Of a DNA stretch of 32,000 nucleotides, positions 1 to 9,090 are shown piece by piece (position 1 is the stretch's first letter; the number at the start of each line of letters is the position of its first letter). The translations under genes and the position numbers were made by a program. The stretch covers positions 150,001 to 182,000 of the forward strand of contig CP091279.1 of the NCBI GenBank assembly GCA_021650915.1, in the 5' to 3' direction. The stretch comes from Candidatus Brocadia sp. GTDB taxonomy: Bacteria > Planctomycetota > Brocadiia > Brocadiales > Brocadiaceae. Below the pieces are notes generated by a model. It searched no databases. It saw only the letters and a program-made list of their open reading frames with translations, and was not told where the DNA came from.

Positions 1-2
1 GA

Positions 3-407
3 TTTAAAGAGATAAAATATCTCAAGAGCATTCCCGGCATTGGGAGTATCCAGGCGGCGAAGATCGTATCACAGGTAATAGACCCGGAGAGGTTTAGCAG
101 TAAGTACAAATATTACAGCTACTGTGGGTTGGTGAGGCATAAGAGGATAAGTGATGGGAGGGGATATGGGAGTGAAAAGATTTGGGGAAATCGGATATTA
201 AAATGCGTATACAAGATGGCAGGACATTCGGTTTTAAAGGGTAAGAGCGGTTTAAGGAACTATTACGATACCTTGCGGTTGAAAGGCATCGGTCATGACA
301 ATGCCTATAATGCAGTATGTCGTAAGATAGCGGCAATATCTTTAAGCGTGTGGAGGAAGAGTGAGAAATATAATGACAGACTGATCACTGGCAATCTAAT
401 CAAGTAA
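3..407 (+). mobile_element. IS110-family transposase, C-terminal fragment (Transposase_20-like), cut by window edge
   Basis: The frame is open upstream of the 129..407 ORF and reads FKEIKYLKSIPGIGSIQAAKIVSQVIDPERFSSKYKYYSYCGLVRHKR, the typical IPGIG...A..GDP.RF / YCGL signature of IS110/IS1111 transposases. Confidence 0.85.
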
Positions 408-766
408 AACAGGGCAAGAGGGCATGAAAGGCTGGTTCGCACCTGTTTTCTTGAGAGAGGGATGAGATCCACGTGTCATTGACCCAAAGAGGTCCAACGC
501 AATGGTTGATCCGCCCTCGTTTAAATCGAAAATTACCATGCTCAGCAAAGAGCACCGATAGATGACTGAAAACCGATTGCCGAAGGTATTTCAGAGAAGG
601 TAGTAGAAAGAAAACGATAATAATCTGTTTGTCATTCATGCACTCAGGACTTTATGGCTTGATTAGCCTCAGTTAAGCGGAAGGGACGCATGGCAAGAAA
701 ACATTTCTTTGGTTTTTTTGTCAACAGGGATAATATTTTTTCTTGACATGCTTTTTCATAGATGAC

Positions 767-874
767 AACGTACAATATGTCATCGGAGGCATAGTCGGTG
801 TCATTGCGAGGGCCTTTTCCGAAGCAATCTCCCCGCTTTCATAAAGGAAATTTGGTTGCGGCTGTGCCGCGCTA
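767..874. repeat. Dispersed repeat copy A (second copy at 30118-30233)
   Basis: Shared text: tgacaacgt.ca.t.tg.catc...tgtcattgcg.gggccttttccgaagcaatctccccg.tttcataaaggaa.tttggttgcggctgtgccgcgctatg. Confidence 0.85.
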
Positions 875-880
875 TGGAAT

Positions 881-2328
881 ATGCTGGAACTGGACACATT
901 CTGGAGGATGCGTCTGCCGTCAAGCCGGAAGGGGACAAGCTGGTTGAATATACTGAAGGCGCTTGTCTGTTACCGGTTGATCGATCCGGGAAGCGAATTT
1001 CGTTTTCACCGTGAGTGGTACGTGCGGAGCGCAACAGGCGATCTGCTGGGAGAGGATTATTCCCTGGCGCAGAAGGACAAGGCGTATCGTTGTTTGGATT
1101 TGTTGCTTGAGCATCGGGACGAGCTGTTTGCCTATTTAAAGGAGAAGTGGGGCAAGCTCTTTGGGGCGAAGTACGATGTACTGCTGTATGATTTGACGAG
1201 TACGTATTTTGAAAGTGACCCACCTCCGACTGGATCGGGGAGTAAGAAACGGTTTGGATATAGCCGGGACAAACGTTCGGATTGCGTGCAGGTGGTAGTG
1301 GCATTGGTGTTAACGCCGGAAGGATTTCCCGTTGCCTACGAAGTGTATCCGGGCAATACCAGAGACACCGCAACGCTGGAGGAATTTCTGGATCGGATTG
1401 AAAAGCAGTATGGGAAATTCCGGCGCACCTGGCTTATGGATCGCGGTATTCCAACGGAGGAGATGTTGGAAAAGATGCGTGAGCGCGGGATTGATTATTT
1501 GGTTGGGACTCCGAAGGGGCATTTGACGCGAGTAGAAAAACCGCTACTCGAACAAACCTGGATGCGGGCGAGGGAGAGCGTCCGCGTGAAAGTTCTTCGG
1601 CAGGAATCGGAGTTTTACGTTTACGTGGAAAGCCATGACCGGGTGTCTAAGGAGCGTGCCATGCGTCGGCGCAGACTCAGACGTCTGTGGGTGGGCTTGC
1701 GCGAACTTCGCAATCGAAAAGCCCTCACGCGCGATGACCTGTTCATGCATATTGGCGCGTTAAAGAAAGAAGCCGGACGAGACTACAGACTGGTCACGAT
1801 CTCCATTCCCAAACCGCAGGAACCGGTCAATGAGAATACGTTCCGGTTCAGTTTGGATCGGGAACGCCTGAGGCAGGCGTATCGGCGCGAGGGCGTTATT
1901 TGCTTCGTTCCAACATGCAGGCCACCGCGCCAGAAACCGTCTGGGAAAATTATTTGCTGTTGACACGGATAGAACAGGCATTTAAGGACTTGAAGGGGTC
2001 TCTTTCCGTCCGCCCCCTATGGCATCAATTGGAACGGAGAATTGAAGCCCATATCTTTGTTTCCTTTTTGGCTTTTTGTCTCCACACGACACTGCGCAAT
2101 CTTGCGCGGGGGAGGGCCGGAGGGCTGACGTCTGAAGCGATTTTGGAAAAACTGTCGGGCATTCAAATGATAGACGTTCATTTACCGACCACGGATGGCC
2201 GTCATATTGTCATGAGCCGTTATACCCAGCCGGAGAAGGATGTTGCTCTCCTTTTGGCACAGTTGGGATTGGCGCTTCCTGAACAACCGCCGCCCAAGGT
2301 TTACGCATCCGGACAGGTCGGCCTGTAG
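881..2328 (+). pseudogene. IS1634/IS4-like (DDE) transposase, N-terminally truncated and frameshifted
   Basis: ORF 881..1963 (YDVLLYDLTSTYFES..., VEYLVGTPKGHL-like, ...YRREG) continues in another frame as ORF 1900..2328 (LLRSNMQATAPETVWENYLLLTRIEQAFKDLKGSLSVRPLWHQLERRIEAHIFVSFLAFCL). The join is consistent with one missing base near 1893-1905. Confidence 0.85.
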
Positions 2329-2575
2329 TGCCGACCTTTTTACATGACCCCTTGATTTTACTGGCTCAGATGGTCGCATACCCCTCGAATTGCGAAAGTC
2401 GGGCTAAGCTGCAAACATCATTATTATTCGAATTTTCAAAAAACCAAACAGTTACGAGACCTTTATCGTAAGGACAGCGTTATTCTGGGATATAGGCGCC
2501 AAGGTAGGGATTGAGCTTTTTGATGAAGTCAGTGAGCCGCCAGTCTGCGTCCGAGTTGCTGGTAACAACTCAGCC

Positions 2576-2808
2576 ACCGCAAAGGCGCAGAGATTCAAAG
2601 AAAAAACTTAAATAAGAGAAGAAAATATCTTGCTGCGATACCCCTGAAGAGACGCCCGTACATGGATAAATCGAAGAATTGGGGTAGGGTGGGCAATGCC
2701 CATCCCAGGGTGAGACGTCTGTACGTGAGTAAAATCACAATGCTTTCAGGAATTTTCAGCATGTGCTTTCTAAAAATACTACCTTTGCGCACTTTGCGCC
2801 TTTGCGGT
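2576..2808. repeat. Putative 233-bp TIR-like bracketed segment, copy 1
   Basis: Left end accgcaaaggcgcagagattcaaag; right end ctttgcgcactttgcgcctttgcggt. Inverted relationship, same span as 26679-26911. Confidence 0.45.
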
Positions 2809-2990
2809 GAATTATTACCGCTAAGGTGCGTTTGGTCAGGCTGGTGATTTTCAAGCTTACACCTGGGAAACGGGAGTTATTTTAGAATAGGGATTATTTA
2901 CAACCCCCTTCGTCCCATTTGCCAAGAGGGAATTTCACGATCCATACCCCAAAACCCGCATGAATAAAATGAAAATCCTATACAATCCAG

Positions 2991-3800
2991 TTAATCCTGT
3001 CTTAATTTATTGTGAAATCCCGAACGAATTGCCCGTAGGAGGAAGGAAGGATTAGAGATGAAATTACGCCGCCACAGACGACCAGGTTCGCGCATGAGTC
3101 GAGGAAGCCATTCCAGGCCAAAATTTTGAAAGATGGGATGTGACCTTTTTACATTTCCGGTATAAAAATCAAAAACAGCGCCTATAGCGCCAATAAATTT
3201 TACTTCCAATTGATCCTTATGCTTGTATATCCATTTCTCCTGCTTTGGGGCAGTCATTCCAACCCAGAGCACATCTGGCTTGGCACGATTGATGGTCTCA
3301 ACCATAATCCTGTTTTCTTCGGTAGTGAATTCTGGTTTGAAAGGAGGCGAATAAGCTCCAGCAACCTTTATATTAGGAAAATCTACCTTCATTTTATCCT
3401 TTATTGTTTGCAGATTTTCCTCAGTTGAGCCTAGGAAAAAATAGGTATAGTTTGATTTCTTATTTAATACGGCGCTGACTTCAAGAAAAATATCGCTGCC
3501 GGTAATCCGTTCCTTGATACATCCACCAAGCAGTTTTGAAGCTATGACAATTCCGACGCCATCTGGAGTAATTAAATCGGCTTTCTTAATTGCCTCTTCG
3601 AATATCATGTCGTTCCTCGCCATCTCAAGAGAATGGGGATTTGCACAAACGAAATATTTTCCCTTTGCACCATCCTCAACCCATTGGATTATACGTGCTA
3701 TACAATCTTCTTTTGATCCTGTTGTGACAGGGTAACTAAGGATGTTTTCAGTACTATATCGATACATACTTGGAATTTTAAACCTTTTTAAGTAATTCAA
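2991..3800 (-). CDS. WecG/TagA/CpsF family glycosyltransferase
   Basis: YFVCANPHSLEMARND...ADLITPDGVGIVIASKLLGG...ERITGSDIF...YFFLGS...PDVLWVGMTAPKQEKWI...IGAIGAVFDFYTGNVKRSHPIFQNFGLEWLPRLMREPGRLWRR. The start may be internal (MYRYSTENIL). Confidence 0.94.
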   Translation of the reverse strand: MNYLKRFKIPSMYRYSTENILSYPVTTGSKEDCIARIIQWVEDGAKGKYFVCANPHSLEMARNDMIFEEAIKKADLITPDGVGIVIASKLLGGCIKERITGSDIFLEVSAVLNKKSNYTYFFLGSTEENLQTIKDKMKVDFPNIKVAGAYSPPFKPEFTTEENRIMVETINRAKPDVLWVGMTAPKQEKWIYKHKDQLEVKFIGAIGAVFDFYTGNVKRSHPIFQNFGLEWLPRLMREPGRLWRRNFISNPSFLLRAIRSGFHNKLRQD

Positions 3801-4008
3801 AATACTGCTCTCTTGTCATACCAACTGTTCGCATGTTATTTTTAATTATTTCTACATCTATTTCTTCATCCTCTGGTATAACTACAGCGCGCTTAGCCTT
3901 TGGGTAAGACAATATATGATGTGATCCCCTTTTACGTTTATAGGCACAACCATACCGCTGAAATATATTTAAAAGGGTTTTGTAATCAACAGGAATTATT
4001 CTTGGCAT
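3778..4008 (-). CDS. hicA: HicA family toxin (YcfA-like)
   Basis: MPRIIPVDYKTLLNIFQRYGCAYKRKRGSHHILSYPKAKRAVVIPEDEEIDVEIIKNNMRTVGMTREQYFELLKKV; conserved GSHH motif; starts at the end of the hicB-like gene. Confidence 0.85.
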   Translation of the reverse strand: MPRIIPVDYKTLLNIFQRYGCAYKRKRGSHHILSYPKAKRAVVIPEDEEIDVEIIKNNMRTVGMTREQYFELLKKV

Positions 4009-4277
4009 CAGGTCAATGATATAACCGATTTCTCGAAACCTATCATTTCACTTTGTGGCCGCAATTCATCGTCTTTAATTTCATATCCATATTCAAGCAA
4101 ATATTCCTCAAGAGTACCCATATCTTTCATCTCTTCAAATTGAATATTTATCACATCCATGAGATTTTTTCTTGCTTCTTCAGGAGTTCTCCCTTGTGAA
4201 ACAAAATCAAGTTCTGGTGCACGCGCCAAAAACCACTGACCTTTTTTCCATACCTCTATAATTAACTGTAATTTCAT
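4008..4277 (-). CDS. hicB: HicB family antitoxin
   Basis: MKLQLIIEVWKKGQWFLARAPELDFVSQGRTPEEARKNLMDVINIQF, start placed at the internal ATG of ORF 4008..4370. Partial-RNaseH-fold HicB pattern, adjacent to HicA. Confidence 0.8.
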   Translation of the reverse strand: MKLQLIIEVWKKGQWFLARAPELDFVSQGRTPEEARKNLMDVINIQFEEMKDMGTLEEYLLEYGYEIKDDELRPQSEMIGFEKSVISLT

Positions 4278-4579
4278 AAATAAGCCGCCTTTCAAACTCA
4301 GAATTGATATCGTAAACAATCTCCGACTAATATATTTTCCGCTTATTATTTTACTACCTTTTTCTCGCAAACACGTATCTTCTCAGTATCTCTTAACTAA
4401 TCAAGCTCCCAACTTCTTAATCACAAATCAACAAGCTGTTCGAGAACTCACTTTTTTCGTGATTTCTCAAGTCAAAAGTCCATATAAACCAACATCTAAA
4501 TTTTTATGATTTTGCATTCCCGGACAGCCTGTCAAGGTGTGATCAACAGTTCCAGCAGTTTGTGTTTACGAGAAATGGA

Positions 4580-4956
4580 TTATATTGGTTCTGCATTCTT
4601 ATCATCTTTTTCAAGAATACGTACACGTACACGATATTTTTCAACAGTTATTAATGCATGTCTTTCTATATCAAAATGATGTGTTTCTACTAATCGAAGC
4701 AATACAGTTCCCTGATTTCTTGCAGGGATATCAACTAATCTTATTATTGCAGGATGGGGTCTTTTATGTAAAAAGACAAGCTCTCCAAAATCCTTATCTG
4801 CTGTAACTAAAATTGAACCTTCTTCAAGAGCCTTCTTTATAATATTATCATCGCCTGGATCCTTACCAAATTCAGGTATCCATGATACGTCAAACCCAGC
4901 TTTTCTAAGGTCGTTCATTGCAAAATCGAAATGCAACTATCGAGAAGAAACTTCAT
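4580..4956 (-). pseudogene. DUF5615 family PIN-like (Mut7-C-like) protein with 5' frameshift
   Basis: ORF 4580..4936 (AMNDLRKAGFDVSWIPEFGKDPGDDNIIKKALEEGSILVTADKDFGELVFLHKRPHPAIIRL). The expected N-terminus MKFLLDSCIS is encoded from the ATG at 4956 in the adjacent frame. Confidence 0.8.
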
Positions 4957-5204
4957 TATTGCTCTCTAACTAAGGCAGGCTCTATTCTTTCGTGTGCAAC
5001 AATCCGGTAAGCATAAAGTAAACATGCCTGTATATCCTCATTTTCTAAAAAAGGATACCCTTCTAACACTTCTTCTACTGTAGAACCAGAAGCAAGCATA
5101 CCAAGTACATGTTCCACAGCAATTCGCATCCCTCGAATAATGGGTTTCCCGTTAAATATTAAAGGATTATAAGTAATACGGCTTAAAAGTTCTTCTTCTT
5201 TCAT
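4956..5204 (-). CDS. DUF433 domain-containing protein (putative antitoxin partner of the DUF5615 protein)
   Basis: ITYNPLIFNGKPIIRGMRIAVEHVLGMLASGSTVEEVLEGYPFLENEDIQACLLYAYRI; its stop overlaps the downstream ATG as TAATG. Confidence 0.88.
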   Translation of the reverse strand: MKEEELLSRITYNPLIFNGKPIIRGMRIAVEHVLGMLASGSTVEEVLEGYPFLENEDIQACLLYAYRIVAHERIEPALVREQ

Positions 5205-5209
5205 GTTAT

Positions 5210-6529
5210 TTATATTTCTCCTATTTTATAAATATCCATCAATATTTTGAAATTCTTTTCTGCCGTGTACCTTTCCTCAAATTCCTGGCGGGCATTTTTT
5301 CCCATCTCAATGCACGCATCTTCATTTTCAACCATCCACTTTATTTTCAGGGCAAGGTCTTCGGCGTTTCCCGGCTCAAACAGGAGGCCGGTTTTCTTCT
5401 CCTGAACGATTTCAGCTAACGCCCCAAGCCTTGGGGCAATCACCGCCTTGCCGCAAGAAAAGGTTTCAAGAACAGTCATCGGGAACATCTCATACCATAT
5501 TGACGATGTTACCATAAACAGAGCGTCCTTTAAAATTTCCATACTTTCAGAATGGCTTTTTCTCCCGGTAAACTCTATATTTGGTATCCTCTCAATACCG
5601 ACCCTGTCCTCAATCTGTTTCTTTAACGGCCCATCGCCAACGATTTTGAGAAAAACTTCTTTATGAGTCATAGACCGAAGCATCTTAAAAGCATCAACAA
5701 GGATTTCTATACCCTTCTCATAAGAAATTCTTCCAAGAAATACAATGTAATTCCCATGGGAAAATTTCCTGTCGCCTTTTGATAAATTATTTTCTGACTG
5801 GTACTGTTCAGAAAGTCGCTGTCCATTGATTATATCTAAGGGCAATTCATGAATTGCCCCTACAGGTTGTACGCAGAACTTGATTTCTGAACCCGCTAAA
5901 GGGGGGTTGTGGGAATTTAAAAGAAAATTCGGTTTTACAAATATCTTCTCTGCTGGCAGTCCATGCTCTATAAACTTATTCCTCCCAAAATTAGTGAGGG
6001 CGATATATGCGTCGACCTTATTCGTCCATGTCCCGATAAATCTGTGAATAACCTGTGTTAAAGCCACAGGCAAAGAATAAAGTCTGGAATTCCGGTAACA
6101 GCCGTAAAAAGCCCCTTTCCACGGCATTCTGCCAATGCATTCTTCGCATACCTTTCCAACTCTCATAAGAAGTCCACTTGCACAAAACAACCTGAAGTTG
6201 TGAAGCGTTTGAACCACCGGTATTCCAGCATCTTTACAGGCATAGTAGGCAGATGGAGATATTTGGTACCAGATATTATGGAAGTGGGCTATGTCAGGCT
6301 TTTCTTTTGTTATAAGTGTTTTTAGCTCCTTATAAGTTTCTCTGGACCAGATAGTACGAAAAGCCAGTTTCAGTCTATTTGAATCGTTTGCGATATCATC
6401 GTTATACTTTTCATAAGTTATAACGTTAATCCTGTTTTTCCTTAAAAGCTCGACTTCGTTCTTAAATACTATATCTTCTCCAGAGGGAGATGAAGATTGA
6501 TAGAAATTATGAATAATGAGTATTTTCAT
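5210..6529 (-). CDS. Glycosyltransferase family 4 protein
   Basis: NFYQSSSPSGEDIVFKNEVELL...HFHNIWYQISPSAYYACKDAGIPVVQTLHNFR...FLGRISYEKGIEILVDAFKML...SIWYEMFPMTVLETFSCGKAVIAPRLGALAEIVQEKKTGLLFEPGNAEDLALKI. Confidence 0.94.
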   Translation of the reverse strand: MKILIIHNFYQSSSPSGEDIVFKNEVELLRKNRINVITYEKYNDDIANDSNRLKLAFRTIWSRETYKELKTLITKEKPDIAHFHNIWYQISPSAYYACKDAGIPVVQTLHNFRLFCASGLLMRVGKVCEECIGRMPWKGAFYGCYRNSRLYSLPVALTQVIHRFIGTWTNKVDAYIALTNFGRNKFIEHGLPAEKIFVKPNFLLNSHNPPLAGSEIKFCVQPVGAIHELPLDIINGQRLSEQYQSENNLSKGDRKFSHGNYIVFLGRISYEKGIEILVDAFKMLRSMTHKEVFLKIVGDGPLKKQIEDRVGIERIPNIEFTGRKSHSESMEILKDALFMVTSSIWYEMFPMTVLETFSCGKAVIAPRLGALAEIVQEKKTGLLFEPGNAEDLALKIKWMVENEDACIEMGKNARQEFEERYTAEKNFKILMDIYKIGEI

Positions 6530-6547
6530 TTACAAAAATAGGAACTT

Positions 6548-7267
6548 TTATTTCTCCAACACACATTGAAATATAAACTCGCCCGTCAGATTGAAAAATA
6601 ATTTCCTTAATAACTGTAAATTCCCCGTTGCTTGCCTGCTTGCAATCTTAAATCGATGCTGTGTTAACAATAACTCCAATTCTTTTGGTGTAAAATATAA
6701 AAGATGTCCACCGTCCCATCCAGCGTCGAATGAAGTACGGGGCCTTTTTCCGAGAAGCAATTTAATCCTATTCGAAAATGAAGCAACATTTGGAGTGCCA
6801 ATGATAAGTGTACCGCCAGTTTTAAGAACCCTCGTTATTTCTTTTAAGCTATGATAGGGATCAATTAAGTGTTCGATAACTGCAATAAGTGTTATGCAAT
6901 CAAACGAATTATCTGGATAAGGAAGGGGTTCAAGGTTTATATCGCAGGCAGATACATTTATTCCCTTCTTCATTGCTTCTTCTGCTGCTACCGAGGAAAG
7001 CTCAACGGCGTGGACATCCCTGAATTTTTCCAGAGCTCCGTAAGAAAGTGTAGAATCACCGTTTCAGCATCCTATATCTAAATAACTTTGCCCTGTAGGG
7101 AGCGTCTTTTTTACTATTTCATGGCGTGTATTTTTGGAAGGGTCCAGGAAAAAAAGTATGTATTTGTGAAGGAAGTCTTTGCTTCTCAGTGTATATTCTT
7201 GTTTATAACCTTCTTTGGTTTTATCTTTATATAAATTATCGTAAAAGTTTTTTAAGCTGTTTTTCAT
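6548..7267 (-). pseudogene. Class I SAM-dependent methyltransferase interrupted by an in-frame TGA
   Basis: ORF 7064..7267 ends ...GQSYLDIGC*. The same frame continues NGDSTLSYGALEKFRDVHAVELSSVAAEEA-MKKGINVSACDINLEPLPYPDNSFDCITLIAVIEHLIDPYHSLKEITRVLKTGGTLIIGTPN. Confidence 0.85.
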
Positions 7268-7283
7268 AGGACATACCTCAGTA

Positions 7284-7708
7284 CTAAATATTCTTATAGG
7301 GAAGTTTATACCCTTTAATCAAAGGTGACATTTTTTCAAATTCGGGGTCTTTATGGACAAGTATTCCGGTATATTTTTGACATACCGCCGCTTATAAGCA
7401 TCTGCCAAAGACATGATATTTTTTGCCTTTAATTTTCCAGCCGCTATATTAAGGTTTTCATCAGACTCCACTATTCTAACTGAGAGAGATTGGATTAACA
7501 TAATTCTCCTCAAAGCTTCCGACTCATCTTTTTCTTTGGCTGTAATATAAAATACTTCTGTTAAACTAATAAAAGCGATATAAATAAGCACTTCTTCTTT
7601 TTCAGCCTTGATTAAAAGATTTTCAACATAATCAGAGCCATTTTCATCTTCGATGTAAGTTAAAAGGGCAGAAGTATCAAGAATATAGATTTCTCTATTT
7701 TCCTTCAA
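7284..7708 (-). pseudogene. vapC: PIN domain (VapC-like) toxin with C-terminal frameshift
   Basis: YILDTSALLTYIEDENGSDYVENLL...ISLTEVFYI...SLADAY, then a frameshift. The alternative frame restores AAVCQKYTGILVHKDPEFEKMSPLIKG, the usual PIN C-terminus. Confidence 0.8.
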
Positions 7709-7916
7709 GTTTAATATCCTCGCTTCTTGATTTTAATAACTTTTCAGTAAGCATCTCTCCCTTACCTGAACCCCTTAAAAGTCTCCTTGCTTTTTCTGGG
7801 GCAAATATTTCTGCATCATTTGGGAAGATAACAAGAACCTCAGTTTTCTTTTTCGTTTTTATAGGTTCAATGAGTTGTATGTCTTGTCCATTAAATAAAG
7901 CTTTAACAACTTTCAT
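7695..7916 (-). CDS. Putative VapB-like antitoxin
   Basis: MKVVKALFNGQDIQLIEPIKTKKKTEVLVIFPNDAEIFAPEKARRLLRGSGKGEMLTEKLLKSRSEDIKLEGK; overlaps the start of the PIN gene by 14 nt. Confidence 0.65.
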   Translation of the reverse strand: MKVVKALFNGQDIQLIEPIKTKKKTEVLVIFPNDAEIFAPEKARRLLRGSGKGEMLTEKLLKSRSEDIKLEGK

Positions 7917-8008
7917 TTGTCTTTATCTCCAATTTCCAAAAAAAATTTTAAGATTATCGATACTGAACGAAATTGCGGTTTCCAGATCACGGTTGCCGGT
8001 TCCCCAGG

Positions 8009-8317
8009 CTATATTCTACGGCATCCCAAAAACCCTGCGCCTGTCTTTCGCAAAACAAAGACTGTCGCCAGCTTATAATATGACGGCAAATCTGAATTAG
8101 GAATGATCCCTGTTAAACGGCAATCAATTTCGTTATCTTTGCAATACTTTTCAACACGATTTTTTAAATTTCCGTGTCCTATAGCAACAAATGTAAAACC
8201 ATCTTTACTTAACTTATTTAATGCCTCCAGTAAATATTCTATTCCTTTTAGTTCTGTAAGCCTTCCCACATAAAGGATAATTTTTTTGTCTTTTGAAATA
8301 TTTAACATTTGCTTCAT
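8009..8317 (-). pseudogene. Truncated, internally deleted duplicate of the GT4 gene at 9091..10203
   Basis: NISKDKKIILYVGRLTELKGIEYLLEALNKLSKDGFTFVAIGHGNLKNRVEKYCKDNEIDCRLTGIIPNSDLPSYYKLATVFVL is near-identical to the 9091..10203 product. DNA similarity extends past the ORF to about 7945. Confidence 0.9.
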
Positions 8318-8399
8318 GGTGTTGTTTTCAGATTTCTGTCAAAAACAATTATAGCGAACGAGATAAATGCACTAACATATTTTTATTAGTTACAGGTTC

Positions 8400-8672
8400 T
8401 TAAGCAACAAGTTCAAGCTTTAATTTTTCTATACGTGAGCGTACTGGTTTTAGTTCAGTGATTGTGACATACACAATGGGTGTATTTTTTTCAGCTATGC
8501 CTCGTGCTGTTTCCCTTGCCCAGTTGTTAAATTCTTCATCTCCCTCGATCTGCATAACAACGAGAGCATTATCGGGTATCCCATCGGCAAATTCAGGATG
8601 CTCAATAATATACCTGTCAAATTCTTTGACCAGCATGCTATTTCTTTCTACAAATATATTTTTCCCTATCAT
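8400..8672 (-). CDS. DUF5647-like small protein
   Basis: ERNSMLVKEFDRYIIEHPEFADGIPDNALVVMQIEGDEEFNNWARETARGIAEKNTPIVYVTITELKPVRSRIEKLKLE; overlaps the upstream gene by 4 nt. Confidence 0.65.
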   Translation of the reverse strand: MIGKNIFVERNSMLVKEFDRYIIEHPEFADGIPDNALVVMQIEGDEEFNNWARETARGIAEKNTPIVYVTITELKPVRSRIEKLKLELVA

Positions 8673-8980
8673 GGAAAATCTCCTCTTATAAATTTCCTTC
8701 TATAAAGTTCCCAGTTTTCGTTGATATCGTCATCTGCTAAAGTTAAAGCATCTTCGTAATTCATGTAAAGATTTATCTTTTTACATTGTCCTTTAATATT
8801 ATAACAATCTTTATGTGCATAATTATGTGTACAATCATACCGTATTACTACCTTCCATTCGTCATCGGATTTTATTTCCAATTGAACGGCAAATTTTGCA
8901 ACCCTTCTGCCTTCTGTAGCATGATAATGCCTTTTTCTCGCATCAATATCAAGTAATATTAAATACTGTTTTTCTGCCAT
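8669..8980 (-). CDS. DUF7718-like small protein
   Basis: RRVAKFAVQLEIKSDDEWKVVIRYDCTHNYAHKDCYNIKGQCKKINLYMNYEDALTLADDDINENWELYRRKFI; 4-nt overlap with 8400..8672. Family call from memory of the pattern only. Confidence 0.5.
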   Translation of the reverse strand: MAEKQYLILLDIDARKRHYHATEGRRVAKFAVQLEIKSDDEWKVVIRYDCTHNYAHKDCYNIKGQCKKINLYMNYEDALTLADDDINENWELYRRKFIRGDFP

Positions 8981-9090
8981 TGCACGGTGGAAATCTTATT
9001 CAGATATGGTATTGAAGCTTTATACACCTATAAAGGGTGCAGCTACCAATTTCCCAAAAATAATTTCTTAAGATTATTGCGGTTTCCAGA

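Noticed and set aside
129-407. Start of the IS110-like ORF at 129
   Set aside because: The frame is open and clearly coding back to the window edge (position 3), so 129 is not the true start.
801-1373. 190-aa minus-strand ORF
   Set aside because: Antisense to the transposase at 881-2328; Pro/Ser/Thr-rich composition typical of a shadow ORF in a higher-GC gene.
2380-2590. Possible minus-strand protein fragment (…SNSDADWRLTDFIKKLNPYLGAYIPE*)
   Set aside because: Looks protein-like over about 25 residues, but it is too short, has no recognisable family and no clear start; not enough support to annotate.
3778-4370. HicB start at 4370
   Set aside because: The first 31 residues (MREKGSKIISGKYISRRLF...) do not look like HicB. 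The internal ATG at 4277 gives the standard N-terminus.
7064-7066. Selenocysteine or UGA-to-glycine recoding as explanation of the in-frame TGA
   Set aside because: The position calls for Gly rather than Sec or Cys. I saw no SECIS, and the other apparent lesions (an in-frame TAA and one-base deletions) are not explained by UGA recoding, so a point mutation or error is simpler.
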